Assembly (NCBI GenBank): GCA_025786725.1
Contig: JAHLTZ010000001.1
Location: 620,001 to 684,000, forward strand
Origin: Syncephalis fuscata S228
Taxonomy: Eukaryota > Fungi > Zoopagomycota
Direction: 5' to 3'
DNA: 64,000 nucleotides
The notes beneath the pieces were generated by a model. That model ran no database searches and was not told the origin of the DNA. It was given only the letters and a program-made list of their open reading frames with translations. How positions within the stretch are numbered: the stretch's first letter is position 1; every line of letters starts with the position of its first letter. Below, piece after piece: positions 24,354 through 39,650 of the stretch. A program made the position numbers and the translations under genes.

Positions 24354-26327
24354 TTAGATGTGGCTTTGACCAGCGGTGCTAGCCATTGAGGCAGCCGACA
24401 ATGTGGCCGCATCAGATGTAGATGCGTCATAACTGGGATGCCACATGTTACGATGAACATAGGCTAGCAAACCGGCATCGCCCGATTTAGCTGCAGCAAT
24501 AGCCGCTGATGATGATGCTTGACCATCGTTAACAGCCTGTCGAATGACGGCAGCCGCTACTTTAGCGCTTACATCGCGAATACGTTGGATACGTGGATAA
24601 AGATCACCTGCAGCAACTTCATCCTCGGTACGTGTCGCGGCTAAAGCAGCAGCGGCCGTGTAAATCATTTCATCGGTAACGTGTGGTGGTTGAGCAAGTA
24701 TTGCACCAAGACCCAATCCAGGGAAAATATACATATTGTTGCCTTGGCCTGGTACACGCGTATCATTGGTATTTGGATGGTGTAGGCGGGGAAAGCTGTG
24801 CCTGATGCAAATATCACGCGATTATCTGTGTTAAGCATAGCCGTTTCAAAGTCGCACTCTGCATTAGTGGCCGGATTTGATAGCGGGAATAGAATAGGCT
24901 GTTGTTTAACTCGGCCAATCGACGAATAATTTGTGGCGTAAATGCATTTGCCTGTGCACTAAGACCAATAAGTGCAGTTGGCTTCACATATTCAATTGCC
25001 TCTTCAAGAGAGCGGCATTGCTGGCCATTGTTATCGTCACGGGCAAAGTATACCTTATGGTCGACTAGATGGTCACCTCTATCTTGTGTAATTAAGCCTT
25101 TGCTATCGACTAGCCAGAAATGATGCTTTGCTTCATCTTCAGCATTTTACCGGCACGTTCAAAGTGTTCGGCTAGCTGTTTGGCCACACCAACACCAGCA
25201 CTGCCTGCACCGAAGAACAGTATACGATGCTCGCTCATTGGCTTGCCAACCTGTTCAATTGCATTGATGAATCCACTTAGGATAACGGCACCAGTACCTT
25301 GGATATCATCATTAAAGGAGAGCATTTTATCGCGATGTAATCTTAATAGTTCAAATGCACGCTCAGACGAGAAATCCTCAAACTGAATAAGCATTTGAGG
25401 GAATCGTTGGTGAATAGCGTTTAGAATCTTGCCGACAATAGGATAGTACTATTATTCAGTATAATGCATTAGCTATAGTACTGATGTACCCTTGTTCACA
25501 ATCGTTAATTACCTTTTCATCACTTGGACGCTTAGAGCGTAGTCCCAAATACAACGGATCTTCAAGATAACGTTGTGTGTTTGTGCCTAGATCAAGACAG
25601 ATAGGCAGGACACGGCGTGGATCCAGACCAGCAGCACCGACATACAACTGTAGCTTGCCTACCGGAATACCCATTCCGTTGATGCCCAAATCGCCAAGAC
25701 CAAGAATACGTGAACCATCGGTGATAACGCAGATTTGTGGATCAGCCGGTAAAGTAGCACGGTAATTATCAAGCAGTATATCAATGGCTGGTAGATCATC
25801 CGCTCGGATATAGAGGCCATCGGGCTGATTGGAAGTACCCAAGAATGGATAGATATGCGAGTACTGCAGACAAGCTGTACCGACTGTTGGTGTATAGATA
25901 ATAGGACAGATTTCCTATATTAAATGGTCAGTTAAATAAAGTCTATAAACAGTTATATTGTGTATAGAATATATACCTGTAGATTTTCTAATAGCAGCGA
26001 ATAGAACAAACGAATATTTGTATTGCGCAAATTCGATAAAAAGATATATTTATCGATGGGTTCCGAACGAAGACGTAGTTGCTGCAAGGCGCGTTGCTTT
26101 TGTATATCGATTGCTTCTACAGCGGCTGGCAAAATACCACGTAGACGGCGTGCTTGTCGCTCTTCCTGAGGTGTGGCCGTATCTAATTATTAATTATATG
26201 GCTGTGAGTATGGCTGAACAGTGTAAATACGCGCACAGCAATTAAAAAACTTACCCATATTTTGAAAGGTACTAACGGCACCAGTTTGTACCTGGCGTAT
26301 TGAAGACAAGTTTAATTCATACGACAT
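24354..26327 (-). CDS. MAE1: NAD(P)-dependent malic enzyme, multi-exon with frameshifts
   Basis: CPIIYTPTVGTAC, VITDGSRILGLGDLG..GMGIPVGKL, LIQFEDF, FNDDIQGTGAV, FFGAGSAGVGVA, PLSNP, QGNNMYIFPGLGLG. Confidence 0.96.
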
Positions 26328-26539
26328 TTTAAACTTTAAACCAATTCGAATAAACTATGAAGACGAAGAGTGCAATGATAGTGGGTCAGCGAGCCAATGA
26401 AGCGAAGTGATAGATAGATAGATAGATAGAGTGATAGAATAAAGTTGGAGACAGAGCTGCGCACGTTTACACGTTTAACTTTTTACTCAATTGCGTATTC
26501 AGTTGCTATTTAAATTAATTAAGTCTGCGTACATCCTTT

Positions 26540-26573
26540 TCTCTCTCTCTCTGTGTGTGTGTGTGTGTGTGTG
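26540..26573. repeat. Compound (CT)n(GT)n microsatellite
   Basis: tctctctctctctgtgtgtgtgtgtgtgtgtg seen directly. Other SSRs at about 520 (TA), 19755 (GT), 26410 (GATA), 32131 (CA), 33050 (AAT), 58766 (GTT). Confidence 0.9.
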
Positions 26574-27471
26574 CGAGTACCAAGTTGGGGCAGTTCTGTG
26601 TCGTCTTTGATACTTTTCGCTCCATAAATCTTTTTTGTTTGTCCTGGCTTAGCTATCACGAGTATGACCAGTAACATGAATCGTAGTATCAGTGTCATCG
26701 TCATTATTCTTGCGCACATCATTCTATGTGATGGTGGCTATCATTGTGTTTCACTTGTGACCTGCCTGTTTCATGTCTGCGGTGTTTATTCTCCGCCTTA
26801 ATTGATTAAAATATAGGACACTCCACATATTACTCGTTTACTGGTGTACGTCAACACAATAACATCACTATGACTATTTGCAGTCCTGTCCTTTTGTTCC
26901 TCGTTTGTCATTTTTCGTTTCTTCCTTCCCTTGTATTGGGTGGTTTTACTTCAAACGAACAAAAAAGGCGTATTGAGGAGTTCTTGTTGTTTTATTCAAG
27001 TGTTAATGCGCGCGAACCATTTCATTTCATTGTAACATTTCTTTATTGTCCATTTTGGACAACACACATAGCAAAAAAGCGACATTTTCATTAAAAATAC
27101 TTGTTACGCTGTAGGAAATCACACGTTGCCTACTGATACCATCTCGGGATATATCGGATCGTGTCTAAGCATGAACTACATCTCGGATACAATTCAGTAT
27201 CAGAAATGTTGTTAATTGTCATATGAAAGCAATGTTGCTATGCGGACTACGATTCTTAATCGATGCATCTGCCATTAATGACATAAATGGATAGATAAGC
27301 AATATAGATGGCAGAATGGCGTTGTTTATTCAATCAAATATCATTGGTCATATTACAACTGAGTAGTTATCAAATTAAACAACGACTACCATGGCATTGG
27401 CTGGACAAGTCGAGTGATTACTTGCGGTACTAGTAATGGCCATTATCGGCTAATATTTGCCAGTGGCTACA

Positions 27472-28327
27472 CTAATCTTTTTTAGTATGGCTATCACGTG
27501 CAGGGACAGTTACGGTAAATTCGTCGGCGTGTAGTAGTGAAAACAATGGTAGACGGAAGAATCGGGCCAATATACCTTTGGGCTTAAGTACGCGCTGGAT
27601 CGCCCAATACCAAACCACTGGCACAATAAGACCAAGAGATGAGCCTGCCAGCACTTGTGCCACTGTATGATAGCCAAGATGCACACTATGGACAGTAGTA
27701 ATTATAGTTAGTTTTAGACACTAAATACATACATTATTTACGTGCCGTGAATAACCAACGGTAATAGCCACAGTATACAATAGACCAGCCAACAGGAATT
27801 GTGATACAGATCTTGGCCGTCTATTAAAATTCAATTACATTTGTTAATTAGTTTTATTAGTTATATTAACTCTGATATTGCTATTATATCTCATTTAATA
27901 CGCTTACCCTTTTGATAAACATAATAATGTAAATGTTGCAAAATAGAAAATAAATTGGGAATGGCTCGAAGGCATACCATAACCACCAGCTAGACAGCCT
28001 ATTACGCGTATATGTATATATATTTAATTATAGTTTATTTTAGTCTTTAGTAATCGCTATGGACTTACGATGTGGTCGGTGGTGCTGGATATACTTTTTT
28101 AGTGCAAGGTTGATGACTTCATTGCCTAGTTGGCCGATAAACGCTAGCGTTACCCAGGCACTACGGCTTGTTATAATAACAGAGGCATATGAACATAGAA
28201 GACCAATAGGTATTAGTGTAGTCATGGCCATAAATAGGCCATATGAATCATTCTTATCAAATAATACATGAGTCAGGCTGAACGGGCGCAAATGCTCGTG
28301 CGGTAATTGACCATTACAGTACGACAT
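27472..28327 (-). CDS. CAX4: Dolichyldiphosphatase (PAP2 family), multi-exon
   Basis: PFSLTHVLF, NEVINLALKKYIQHHRP, GYGMPSSHSQF, SR-VHLGYHTVAQVLAG. Confidence 0.92.
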
Positions 28328-28462
28328 TTTAACAAAGAAAGAAAGAAAAAGACCCAATCTAGGTTGTTGTAGAATCGACTTGTTTTCTATGCATATATCC
28401 CGTAGTTTACATACATATTGACACGCTTCTAAGCTGCCATTGCTTTATACATTGTCATTACT

Positions 28463-29089
28463 ATGTCATTCGAACTATTAGTTGACGATTCGTTTGAATC
28501 TGCTATAGATAAAAGGTTGGTCAGTATCTATAGCCATATGGCAGTTGAATTGATCATTGTTTATTAAACATAGTCTTATGGAATGGAAGATAATTAACGA
28601 GTCGGCGAACGCGTCATTAGGCGTACTTGAAGCAGAAAAGGATGGCAAGTAGCTGATTTGTAAAGTCTATATATATATACATATATTGATACTGACCGTG
28701 TTTAATAGTTACAGGCAGTGAATTGGCCAAAATGGAACAACTACTTGAACAGTGTGTGTATATAATAAATAGCAATAGTATGGCATTTAATAATATTAGT
28801 AGTGCATACTCTACTTGTACAGATACGACATGTTATGCAAAGTAAAGATTTATCCGAGAAGGAAATCACTTTATTTCAACAGTGGATAGATCAAGCCGAA
28901 ACAGAATATCAATTAAAAGTAAATAGAATAAAAGTAGTAGTAGTAATATGCTATATTGGAACTAACAAACAATATTAGGAAACTATAGTAAAGATAATAG
29001 CTATTGAAAAGCCTTCAACGCGACAACTATCTACACTTTGTGCATTATGGCGTGTTCAGCCATACTATTCTGATACTGTATTACAGTAA
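28463..29089 (+). CDS. Small helical CINP/C1orf109-like protein (about 125 aa, 5 exons; missed by ORF track)
   Basis: Spliced product MSFELLVDDSFESAIDK-SLMEWKIINESANASLG..AETEYQLK-ETIVKIIAIEKPSTRQLSTLCALWRVQPYYSDTVLQ* resembles the CINP pattern ExxLKxT[IV]...WxxQPY (recalled from memory). Confidence 0.55.
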
Positions 29090-29151
29090 AGCAAGTTTAT
29101 TTCAATAGATATAGCCACGCTATAGACTATGTAGTAATAAATACTTGTCCA

Positions 29152-29945
29152 TTACATTTCACCACACTCAGTAATGACAACAGGTAGTTTGGGCATATTA
29201 TTAGCACCAGTGGGTACATTTTCAATTTTACGTAGTGCAAGCATGCCATCACCAAGTAATCGACCGAATACAACGTGTTTACCGTCCAAGAATTCACAAG
29301 GTGCACAAGTAATAAAGAATTGACAGCCATTTGTATCTTTACCGCTATTTGCCTGTTATAGCAGTTATTAATTGTTCGTTTAATATACATTTATAAGTTA
29401 TTATGACCACTTACCATGGATAGTAGTCCAGGTCCAGTGTGTTGAACTTCAAAGTTTTCATCAGAAAATTCTCGACCATAAATACTCATACTGCCTGTGC
29501 CATTGCTCTAATAAACATGGTGACTATGTATTAGCTCAACAACGTCTACAGCAATTATTATATCAATGTTGAATTGCTTACCTTTAAAAAGTCACCGCCC
29601 TGTACCATAAAATCTTTAATAATTCTATAGAATTGTAGTATAAATATGTTATGTCTTGGATATTAACGAATATTACACTAAAACTTACCGGTGGAAAATG
29701 CACTTTTTGTAACCTTGAGGAATGCCATTAACTCTATAGAATGGTTCATCCTCATAGTTAGTATCATATAATGATTGCTATTGTTGTATCGGTAGCTCTA
29801 TAACATACCTGTACTCGCCCGTACATAACTGACGAAAGTTTTCCGCGGTTTTCGGGCATTTATCGGCAAACAATTCAAATTTAAGTCGTCCGATTGGCTG
29901 AGTGCCGATAGAGACGTCAAAAAATACAATTGGATTGGCTGCCAT
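29152..29945 (-). CDS. PPIH: Cyclophilin H (U4/U6 snRNP-associated PPIase), 5 exons
   Basis: [96 protein letters not shown]. Confidence 0.93.
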
Positions 29946-30299
29946 ATTACTATTTAGTCGTGGCTATTAAACTAGATCTAGAAGAAAAAGAATCGCCAAT
30001 CGCTAAACAACAACGGCGTGGTGTGGTAGCAATGAGAAAGAACAAAAGTGTGGCAATAGTTCAGTCTATTTATTAGTAAATATTATAACCAATTCTCTTT
30101 AATTATACACAGCAATTGGTACTAAGACTAATCGTTATTTTACTTTTTAATAGCTTATATTTATTATATAACGAGACGTAATAACATTACTAGTGATGCG
30201 AAAGTAATCCATTGTTGTATAGACTAGTTAATGAAATTAAACCCAAAAATCGATACTGATCTTAAAGATTTATAATAACAATGATAATAGATAAAAAAC

Positions 30300-31619
30300 T
30301 TAATGGATCTTATCCAGTTGACGACCAGCCCGTCCTAACTTGCTAGCAACTCGTTCAACATCAGCGTCCAATTCATCAAGCATTTGATTCTGCATATCTA
30401 GCTCATCGCCTACAGCTAGTGCAATGTGTCGTTGTCGTTGTATAACATCCGAAAATTGTGCCACTTGATCGTCTTGACGTTGCATTAACAGTTGTTGATG
30501 TTGCAACAGCTCGTTATTGTCCAATGGCCGTGTTGCATCCGATTCAGGCAGAGTAGCTGTAGATCGACCAAATACTCGTCGCGATTGCGGTGCAGTTACA
30601 GCGCTACTTGAACTAGAGCCTGCTGTTGCACTACGTGGCATAGATGGTCTTGACGAACGATCAGATCCGTTGTAGCCATAAGCATTGCCCATACCATCTT
30701 GCTGTAATAGTTCGCGTCGGTCAGTGCCAGCTACCGAGGGACGACCTTCAACAAGACGTGTTAATGTACGTAGATCGGCCCGCATACCTTCAAGCATATC
30801 TTGCCGTCGTATTTTCTCTGCTTCAGTAATAAGACAACTACTATTACTTGTCGAACTATAGCCATGTATGCTATTGCTACCACCATAACCATCATCATCG
30901 TCGTCGTGATCATCGCTGTAATGCTGGTGTTCATTACCGTCGCTATCATCGTGATATTCATCGCCGTCGACGTCATTAGCGCCGAATCTACTACGGCCAC
31001 CATTGCGGCTGCTGTTGTCGCTACCGCGTCGAATAGTTAGCACTTTAAGACCGGCTTCCAATGCGCGTACTTGTTCGGCCAGTCCCTGAAGTCGACGTCG
31101 TGCATCTTGCGTGCATCGATGCACTTCGGCCGTGTCTTTACGCGCGGCACTTGCCTCGCGTCGATGTACAAGAGCTCTACATTCACGCAGAGCGCCTTGA
31201 ACCGCACGCAATTCCTCCATCCAACTGCTAGCAGTGAAATGGTCCTCAGTAAACGCCCGCGCGGTGGGCACGCCTAGGAATTCACGCCATTCATGCGTAC
31301 GCCGCCAACGTGGATCGGGATCATTAAGCAGAGCTTGGACATATTTTTCAAGCCCTTGACGACGCTGCTCAATGTAGGCTGGAGATGAAGCGGTTGATGT
31401 AAAGGAGAAGTAGTGTTTTGTGGGGAGCGGCACGGGAGGTGGATGTTGCGGATGAATACGCAGCAGATCCTGATGAAGCTGGCTAAATTGCGAGTAGCGT
31501 CGCCAGACACTCCAAGATCGCACGGCAGCTTGCACGTCAAGTCGATAAGCAATATGCGCCGAGGGAGAAGCTTTGTTTTCAGCAGTTGGGATGTGTACAC
31601 TTCGAATAGGGTCAGCCAT
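30300..31619 (-). CDS. VAM7: Vacuolar Qc-SNARE with PX domain
   Basis: N-terminal PX domain (WSVWRRYSQFSQLH, PLPTK, IEQRRQGLEKY); C-terminal SNARE motif (QDDQV..QRQR..GDELDMQNQMLDELD) with no TM segment. Confidence 0.92.
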   Translation of the reverse strand: MADPIRSVHIPTAENKASPSAHIAYRLDVQAAVRSWSVWRRYSQFSQLHQDLLRIHPQHPPPVPLPTKHYFSFTSTASSPAYIEQRRQGLEKYVQALLNDPDPRWRRTHEWREFLGVPTARAFTEDHFTASSWMEELRAVQGALRECRALVHRREASAARKDTAEVHRCTQDARRRLQGLAEQVRALEAGLKVLTIRRGSDNSSRNGGRSRFGANDVDGDEYHDDSDGNEHQHYSDDHDDDDDGYGGSNSIHGYSSTSNSSCLITEAEKIRRQDMLEGMRADLRTLTRLVEGRPSVAGTDRRELLQQDGMGNAYGYNGSDRSSRPSMPRSATAGSSSSSAVTAPQSRRVFGRSTATLPESDATRPLDNNELLQHQQLLMQRQDDQVAQFSDVIQRQRHIALAVGDELDMQNQMLDELDADVERVASKLGRAGRQLDKIH

Positions 31620-32576
31620 GTTAAGAAATAAAAAGAAATTGATAACACTAGACAGTCTAAACGTAGAAGGCAATATCCACCACTGAATATCAAGATAGAC
31701 GAGGCAAATAAGTGGCTTATGAACGGGTGCCTACGCAGTGGCGCAGCACCCAGTCTTTGTTAGTATAATAAATTGAGTAGAAAAAAAGATAGCAAAAAAG
31801 AGAGAGAGAGAAGCGTGCTAGTAGTTAAAGGAGTAAACGATGGCATATAAAACCGCTATTTGTTAGTATTATTAAACAATTATCATACTGGTCGGGTCTG
31901 CTAGAAACAATGTAACAAACGCTTCGTCTATCCTAGTAATATAAATACGTTAATACTATTACAAACACTGTGTAAGTGCTGTTACAAATACTGCATGAAT
32001 CAGATAAGGCATATACAACAATGTTATTAATAAAGTCCATTAACTGATTAACTGCTAAATGTATACCAATACTAATAGCCATATTAATCCTTGTCTGTGT
32101 GTAATTTAACAAGTAAAAGATCATTTCTCCACACACACACGCACACACACACACACACAATCCACAGAAAGCGAGAACTAAAGCGACACGCCGACTCCGA
32201 CTCAACGGACTCACACATCTCACGCTTCTTTACCATAACACTTCATATCACATCTCGCTTGTCTACGGACCTTCTCCTCCTTACTACTCGTCCGTTCTTT
32301 CTCGCTTTTCTCATCCATCTATTCTTATTGCTTACATAGCATTGATCACGTTCTGTTGTTGATTTGTCGTGATAGTGCTAGGATTATTCAACTAGCTTGG
32401 CCATTCGTTCATCATCCTATTTGCTGTCTATAGTACGCGTTTTGCCAAGCGCAGTAGCACTACAGTCGTGATTTAGCACATATATCGGTGACAGAAACGC
32501 TCTATACCAGTAGCTATAGTTTTATCGTTGTTTTTATTGCTATTAGTAGTAGTGTTATTATTATTATTATTAAAGT

Positions 32577-35029
<2,453 letters not shown>

Positions 35030-36773
35030 TGTATTAAGCATGGAATATGAATTGCGGCAGTAGTCATCATATCATTTGACCAAGAAGCTGATGTAATTGA
35101 GCTTTTCCTGATTAAGGATATTGCGATTATGAGTTCACCATTTTATACCAAACAGCATCTATCTAGCTGTTTTATTGGTGTTAAAATGAATAATAAAGTG
35201 GAATAGGTAATTTGAATTAGAAGTAGTTGTGTTTTATTATGATTGTTGCTGGACATTTAAATTATTGTATATTACATACTTGATTTGATGTTACGTTACT
35301 TGTTTTTTATCAATATGGACTAGCAGTTATAGACTAGTGATATGCCATAAACTTATATTATAATCAAAGAAAGTGCATGACTATTAGCAATTAATTATAG
35401 TGTTTTAAATAAGTCAAGTTAGAATCTACAAATAGTATAGAACAATATATAGCAAGATGAATAGATAAAAAAAACTATATGAATAATAATGGTGAAACTA
35501 TGGTGTATTTTATTGAATGAGTGTAATAAATCAAATATATAACGAATACAACTACTAATAGGTAAATTATTTTTACTAGTATAATACGGTAGTTATGTGG
35601 TAGCTGATATATAATAGAATAAATATGAAATAGTAAAATGCGAATAAAGTACTTAAATTATACTGCGTATTTTTGGCAGTATTTATTAGACAATATAATA
35701 AACACAATATACCAAATTCATTTATAGCAGCTCGGTGTTGTTATTACATAAATAAGGCGTGATACAAGGATGTAGCTTTGCTGTGTAATGAATAATGCAT
35801 ATTCATACACAGTAATTTAGGTCAGACGTACTAAATTGTTTATAAATACATATCGCTTTACTTTTTATTAGTAATTAAACAATTGCTTTATGCTCTAGTA
35901 AATAATAAGATTTTTTTATTAAATTTAAATCAAAGAACTTGCCTATTCATGCAGCTGATATAACCATTTATACCACGTTGTAACACTTGTTTATCAAGGC
36001 CTTTCGTGTTTGGCATGGCTTTTATAAGCCGACACGTTGTGCAACAATGATGATAGCCAAATAAAAATATACCAAGGTAGCTAATTATCTTTAATGGATA
36101 AAATTTTACTTTTGTGTTGTGCTGTTTTATTCATAATATGCATTAAAATAAATAATAATAATAACGTATTTCTTCCATTCTTTATTTAATTATGATTAAT
36201 AAAAATAGAAGAACAGGCAATAACAGGTTTTATGCAAACTCCGACTTGGCTGTGATTACTAAAAATATGGACTGCTATAATTGCCCTTATTATTACCATG
36301 TTCTCTTCATATCGTCAAGCCACATATCAGTACTATAACACTATATAGAACATCCAAATAACCCCGGAATTACCACGATTCTAATAAATGTACCATTTTG
36401 TAAAATAAGAACCGGGTGGTGTGTTGCACTTTGCATCAGGTGGCATAGTGGCTGGGGAGCCAGAATATACATAAAAACCGGTTTATTTGAACTAACATCA
36501 AGTATTGTGCAGGTTGGAATGCATAACAATATACGTATGGGCCATCGACAATGAAGCGTCAACACTTACCTTTTTTCCGTCTTTTTACCAGTCAAGATTA
36601 TTTGTTTGAATACCCACTCGGTTACTCCCTGTTAACCCGACGTGTATCCATTGTTGAATCAGCAGTTACTTATCTTGCTGCGCTGTTTTATGCAATCAAC
36701 CGCACTTTTTAGCGACATTTATTTTTTAAACTGTGACGATATTTCTGTAATCAATCTACATGATACGACTAAT

Positions 36774-38745
36774 ATGCACTCAAAAATGTTAGGACAATGG
36801 ATATTTTTTTATTTTCTAATGCAATTAAACACCGTATTTGCGTGGATCACCCTGCAAAGCTATAACGCCAGTGGTAGTCAATCGCTTACTCTTCATACAC
36901 GCGATCCTCATGAGACCTACATGGACTTTTTTAATATTACCGGTATTATTGTGCCCGTAAGCTTTGTTGAAAACGATGGTTGCAAGTTGGAAAAAATGCT
37001 ACCTTATGATGCAAACAATAAAACCATCAGTCTGCCAAACAACATACAGGCATCGATTGCCGTAATTGACATGGGTCAGGCTGAACGCTACAATTGCCGC
37101 GACCAGCATGAGGTACTTTTACAATTATTTATTATATTCAAAATTGGTTAACCGCTGTATATAGCTTTATGTAGCGATTTTAAACTATAACGAATGGCTA
37201 ATTAGCCAAGCATTTCCTCCTATAAAGCTCGCTGTTCATATAACTATGCTGACGCAGTTTGATTCATCAGTGACACCTGGTGGCAGAGCTTTGGGAAAAC
37301 ATTATAACTACTTTTCAAGATTTCCGCCCAACCATCTCGTAGCTGTAATCTCGGTATCCGACCAAATGCCTTCAAAAATTTTATGGCACAAGTACAACCG
37401 CCTATTATCGGTACAGTTATTCGCGGTAAGTATTAATTTGTGTTGAATTACTATAATTAACGTGTAATTTTAATAGAACACGGCAAATGGAATGATGCTC
37501 TTTACTCGACTTGGTATCGAACAATTATATGGATATACTTTTTCTTTACCTTACTTTTTGTCATTTACGGAATTTATGACATTATATTTATCATAATGTA
37601 TGGATCGTTTAAATCTAAATTACACGCGGCTGCATTTATCCTGGCTCTTTTAGCAGCAATTGGTAAATAGTCGTAGATTAATTAATATTCAATGTACTGA
37701 TTTTGGCTGTGATATTATAGGTTCACTAGCAATTCTTCCGCTGACCGACACCGACCTAACAGTGTTAACTATAGCGCAGGTTTTTGCTTTATTTCGAACA
37801 CTGTCATTTTATTTCCTCATGTTAATCTGGTAAGTTTTAAATTGACATAATTAGTATTAGAATGCACCAACAGTAATGCATGCCTTCAGGGTCCAATTTT
37901 ATATTGCCGTAGAAAAGCAGCAAACAATGGTAGTACTTCGCTATATTCTACACATTGGAGCCGCTATTTTAACATCAGCGCAACTAGCCAAGATTGTTGG
38001 CAATTTCTTGGTGGATATCACCAACATATACGTAAAGTTTTTTATGGTGGCTGCAAACATAGTAGTTTATTTAGGACTATTTGTAGCATTTATGATACTT
38101 TATTGTAGTACGTCTACCAATTACACAATATTGCTTAATTTAACTTTTTTTAAACTTTGTTAGGTTTTGTATTTTATGCTACAATGAAACACTGCAAAAA
38201 CAGATTGTTACGGCGTGCATTAACTAGAGTAAGTTTTTGTTTTTATTTTAGATTTGATACTAATCAATTCAATTCAATTTAAACAGTTAAGCATTTTAAC
38301 ACTCCTTTTATTTATGGCGACGCTTCTTGTCTTCATTGATAAAGCGCTTTGTCTAAATGAGAATTGGCTCTTTGATATCAATATAGTCATGGCACGAAAA
38401 GTAATAAGAAACACTGGATTTACACTTCAGTCTATTGGTTTGATTTGTATGCTTGGGGTACGCATGCCAGACGGAAGCGTGGAGACACTGAACAGTGCTT
38501 GTACAAAATTTAACAAGATGTGGGCAAATATCCAAAACAAACTTTTCAGAGTTCCAGCCACCACTCAAGTAACAACGGCCAAATCAAATAACAAACATGA
38601 GCAGCTTGCTAACGCAATGAATCAAGAATTGACTGAACAATACTCTTGTTATCCTAGTAGCGCTATTCAGTCATCATCAAGCCGAGTGCCGTTTAATTAT
38701 TCTATATTGATTGATGTAGACGAATCGTATAAGAGTAAAGAGTAA
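36774..38745 (+). CDS. Signal peptide + extracellular (PA-like) domain + multi-TM membrane protein, multi-exon
   Basis: Hydrophobic signal (WIFFYFLMQLNTVFA), about 200-aa ectodomain with two Cys, EHGKWND linker, then 6-7 hydrophobic segments and a polar tail. Confidence 0.55.
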
Positions 38746-38999
38746 AATTACAACAACAAAAAATGAAAATATAATTAATAATTATACAATATTTTAATGA
38801 GAAAGCAGGCAGCATCTTTATATAAATAAAAAAGATTATGACAAAACTAAACTATAACTTAATTGCATATAAATAAACAGCATTGCCAATGTAAAACAAA
38901 AAAGTATTTACAAGTCTAAATTTATGCTAATACACATATTAAGATTATAATACTTGCCTATTGTATGTACCAGTAGTATTTTACAAGCATGAAGCAAAT

Positions 39000-39650
39000 C
39001 ATTATCCTAATTTAATAGAAAGTTAGCAAAAGTTATATCTTATTGCATAGCAATTTACTTACCAATCAAGTACCTAGATAGACCTAGCTTAATCCACGGA
39101 ATTTACGGACTGTAGACTACGACGCATCCCGCGTAGATATTGACGTGCGACTGGCTATATATCCAAAAAACCGGAATACTAGCTAGTTGTAGGAAAAGAG
39201 CAACTATGCCGATATACAATAGCCATGCTTTGCGCTGATTGATCAAGTATGCTTTGTAAAAGAAAATAGTATTGGCGAATACGCTAGATGCAATTATGCA
39301 AACATTAGACACCTCAATGATTGTGCTACAGAATGGGCCGCCTGGAAATAGTGTTAGTACTGCAAAAAACGCCCACAAGACCCCAAGAAACAATTGGCCC
39401 GTACAGTACCAGGCCGTGAGTTTGTACGACTCTTTCAATGTCATACGTGCTGCTCGATTTGCGCAATAAAAGAAAAGTAAAAAGAAGAAGGTTTTAATGA
39501 CAGTTTCAAGAAACAAGCAAAATATCAGTGAACGAAGCTTTTTTATGTCGTCAGCGAAAGTCAACATATATTATACGTGTTAATATCGCCTAATGACCTA
39601 TCATCATAGTCAGTTGACGAGACACTTTCCTGATTATTGTTCAATTTCAT
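39000..39650 (-). pseudogene. Orphan 7TM protein, copy 3, lacking most of TM5-7
   Basis: Shares AWYC..Q, LFPGGPFC, KAYL..RKAWLLYIG, GCVVVY with copies 1 and 2. After GCVVVY only a short remnant precedes the conserved terminal intron donor at about 39062. Confidence 0.55.

Noticed and set aside
17574-26327. Metabolic gene cluster (monooxygenase, TMEM135, malic enzyme)
   Set aside because: No backbone biosynthetic enzyme or shared pathway; ordinary neighbours.
36240-36570. Possible decayed transposase or gene fragment
   Set aside because: No catalytic motif recoverable in any frame; cannot be supported without a search.
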